Below are positions 51,101-51,887 of a stretch of DNA of 51,887 nt, piece after piece. Numbering within the stretch: position 1 is the first letter of the stretch; every line of letters begins with the position of its first letter. Under the pieces are notes generated by a model. The model made no database searches. It was not told the DNA's origin and saw nothing but the letters and a program-made list of their open reading frames with translations. Source of the DNA: Pirellula sp. Lineage in GTDB: Bacteria; Planctomycetota; Planctomycetia; Pirellulales; Pirellulaceae. Both the position numbers and the translations under genes were made by a program. The stretch covers positions 1 through 51,887 of the forward strand of contig JBJSXX010000290.1 in the NCBI GenBank assembly GCA_046086605.1. The letters are read 5' to 3'.

Positions 51101-51887
51101 ATCCGCTCCGAACTCAACCTTATGGTGCTTAATCCTGAGCAAGCGAAATTGGGTATCAAACTCCCCCATGTTTTTAGTATCCAATCAGTTAGTTATCAGC
51201 CAGGCGAAACATTCAAAGGGCTTTGGGGCACCGGTTACCCAACAGGTCGCGCTTTGATCGAGATCGAACATCGCGGCAAATCACTCAAATCGTATTGGAC
51301 CGATCCTGACAAGACCCAACACTTGGTCGAACTTCCGATCGAGGAATCGATGCGAGGGGGGGCCATTGTCCGTGTGACCTATGTTCGCGAAAACCGACTC
51401 TATAGCGAAACTCGCGGGATCCCGGTTCCGTGGACGAACAAAGATTTGGCACTCAAATGGGAACGGTTCCGTAACAAACTTGAGCCAGGAGCCAAAGAGA
51501 AATGGGCTTTGACAATCAAAGGTCCCGATGCTGCACCCGCCCAAGCGGAACTGCTAGCGGCCATGTACGACGCTTCGCTCGATGCCTTCAAGTCCCATCA
51601 GTGGATCGAGCCACTTGGTAATTTCTACGAGGGGTCCCACGGACAACTCCAATCGCAGTTCCAAAACATGAGTCTGTGGATACAAGTGGTCGATTCGAAT
51701 TTGCCGAGCAAATACTTCGGAGTCGAAGAATCCTACCGGCGGTTCCCCCAGGAACTAAATAGGATCTCTCCAAGAATGATGTTCGGAAGAGTTCAATCCA
51801 TGAGCATGCGGGGTGCGGGGGCACCTGAGATGGAATATGGGCTGGTGGCTAATGCACCCGCAGATGGAGCACCTGGCGCACCTGCAC
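48161..51887 (+). CDS. bacterial alpha-2-macroglobulin (MG2-domain) protein, 5' part (runs off right edge; not in ORF track)
   Basis: Manual translation from MQSIHKLLLILSSF (signal peptide). Contains FTDRSIYRPGQTVSFKG, VEEYKRPKFQV, FRNKLEPGAKEKW and AMYDASLDAF; the frame is consistent at both ends of the segment. Confidence 0.92.
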   Translation, partial: MQSIHKLLLILSSFIALTPAALSPVALSFQPPEQTVNRYSEPRFPKERIPMWKQVEDAIGKGLPKTAIEKLDQIIEQSLQSKAYPETALALARKIRIESEIQGADTGEDINRMRKAIETAPEQVKPALHAILGHWYWSYFESNRWRFQQRTSVADDNSEDISTWDLKRIFKEIDKQYTSSLANSDTLKATPISTFDPLLDPGSYPDSYRPTFYDFLVHQAIEFYATGEQAGVKRDDAFEIDANSPALGPTEDFLSWNPQTTDADSPKLKAIKLYQELLNFHAKDESPDARLHVQLERIRFAQNHALGEEKEARAISLLDDFAKTNPKHPLSAIARAQWAGLLMGQNDLETAYEIALQGKNAFPESIGGRLCHNIIENITAKALNVSIERVWNNPAPNIRVRYKNISKVNFRIVQADWQKRLGQPGRWRADQITDQDRTELFSMPFIKAWSTNLEPTTDYQEATDDLPAPLDLKPGYYFLLYSLNDQFTPESNQLGACELWVSKLGLVLRSRNQYNDVDVDLKSQAIEGLVVDNQTGEPIAGAKVQAFVRVDGNPRWTPRAAVQTEPTGLFRLLPGEQGSYMLLVEHGEDRLSTQQESYVHLGLQPQPGGLQIALFTDRSIYRPGQTVSFKGVVTSSDQKTNRYTVVPGTKLTVQFLDTNGQVVESLDVASNDYGSFSGSFTAPRNSGTGLMFLTIKDMGFNTAISVEEYKRPKFQVTLDRLKDQVKLDDQVTVTGKAISYTGAPIQGAKVRYRVVRQVRWPDWFNFCFAWRIAPFQGRSQEIARGWTDTNPDGSFQIEFIARPDRSVPEDDLPIFQYEIVADVTDTTGETRTGSQSVSVGYVTAQANLTANQWQTEQKPVEIEVKTSSLDGQEIASAGQIKIYKITQPAMVPRTDLLGGSIPAIPRPVRRGAGQGKIKPSASGIPLQKPDPTDYRHWPIGEMVHQQEYQTDAQGKSAFELKLPEGLYRAMLESKDIYGKPIRSELNLMVLNPEQAKLGIKLPHVFSIQSVSYQPGETFKGLWGTGYPTGRALIEIEHRGKSLKSYWTDPDKTQHLVELPIEESMRGGAIVRVTYVRENRLYSETRGIPVPWTNKDLALKWERFRNKLEPGAKEKWALTIKGPDAAPAQAELLAAMYDASLDAFKSHQWIEPLGNFYEGSHGQLQSQFQNMSLWIQVVDSNLPSKYFGVEESYRRFPQELNRISPRMMFGRVQSMSMRGAGAPEMEYGLVANAPADGAPGAPA

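Noticed and set aside
23600-51600. C/A-rich plus strand as a sign of foreign DNA
   Set aside because: It affects core genes on both strands, which fits replication strand skew rather than an island.
48324-51824. Many short ORFs suggesting a fragmented or pseudogenised region
   Set aside because: They are off-frame or antisense pieces within one alpha-2-macroglobulin frame starting at 48161 that lacks a stop inside the window.

Overview
This is a bacterial chromosomal segment, almost certainly from a planctomycete (Pirellulaceae-like). The evidence is a DUF1559 prepilin-like gene, a PVC-type CxxCH multidomain protein, a Minf_1886/TIGR04138-like gene and planctomycete-style gyrA, cysS and cysC insertions. 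It is mostly housekeeping: hisB, hisA, glnB-glnD, glnS, ettA, guaA, leuCD, cysC, apgM, hemL, gyrA, cysS. Three features are missing from the ORF track: an SRP RNA (ffs) at about 38361-38464, the 5' part of a DUF885 gene at the left edge and the 5' part of an alpha-2-macroglobulin gene at the right edge. I saw no transposase, integrase, phage gene, tRNA or CRISPR array. The best leads are: (i) a stand-alone locus with a sigma28-like promoter, a ~370-nt structured leader with ANGGA loops and a secreted PSCGxE-repeat Cys-rich protein, converging on a MauG-like di-heme enzyme; (ii) an SRP RNA lacking the GNRA tetraloop; (iii) a Hanks kinase with a tyrosine-kinase-like HRDxxxRN loop; (iv) an IF1/zeta-like N-terminus on a TerB-like protein; (v) an FlK thioesterase-crotonase fusion; (vi) mosaic clusters of GTAG-type REP hairpins. 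All family calls come from motif recognition by eye; no searches were run.
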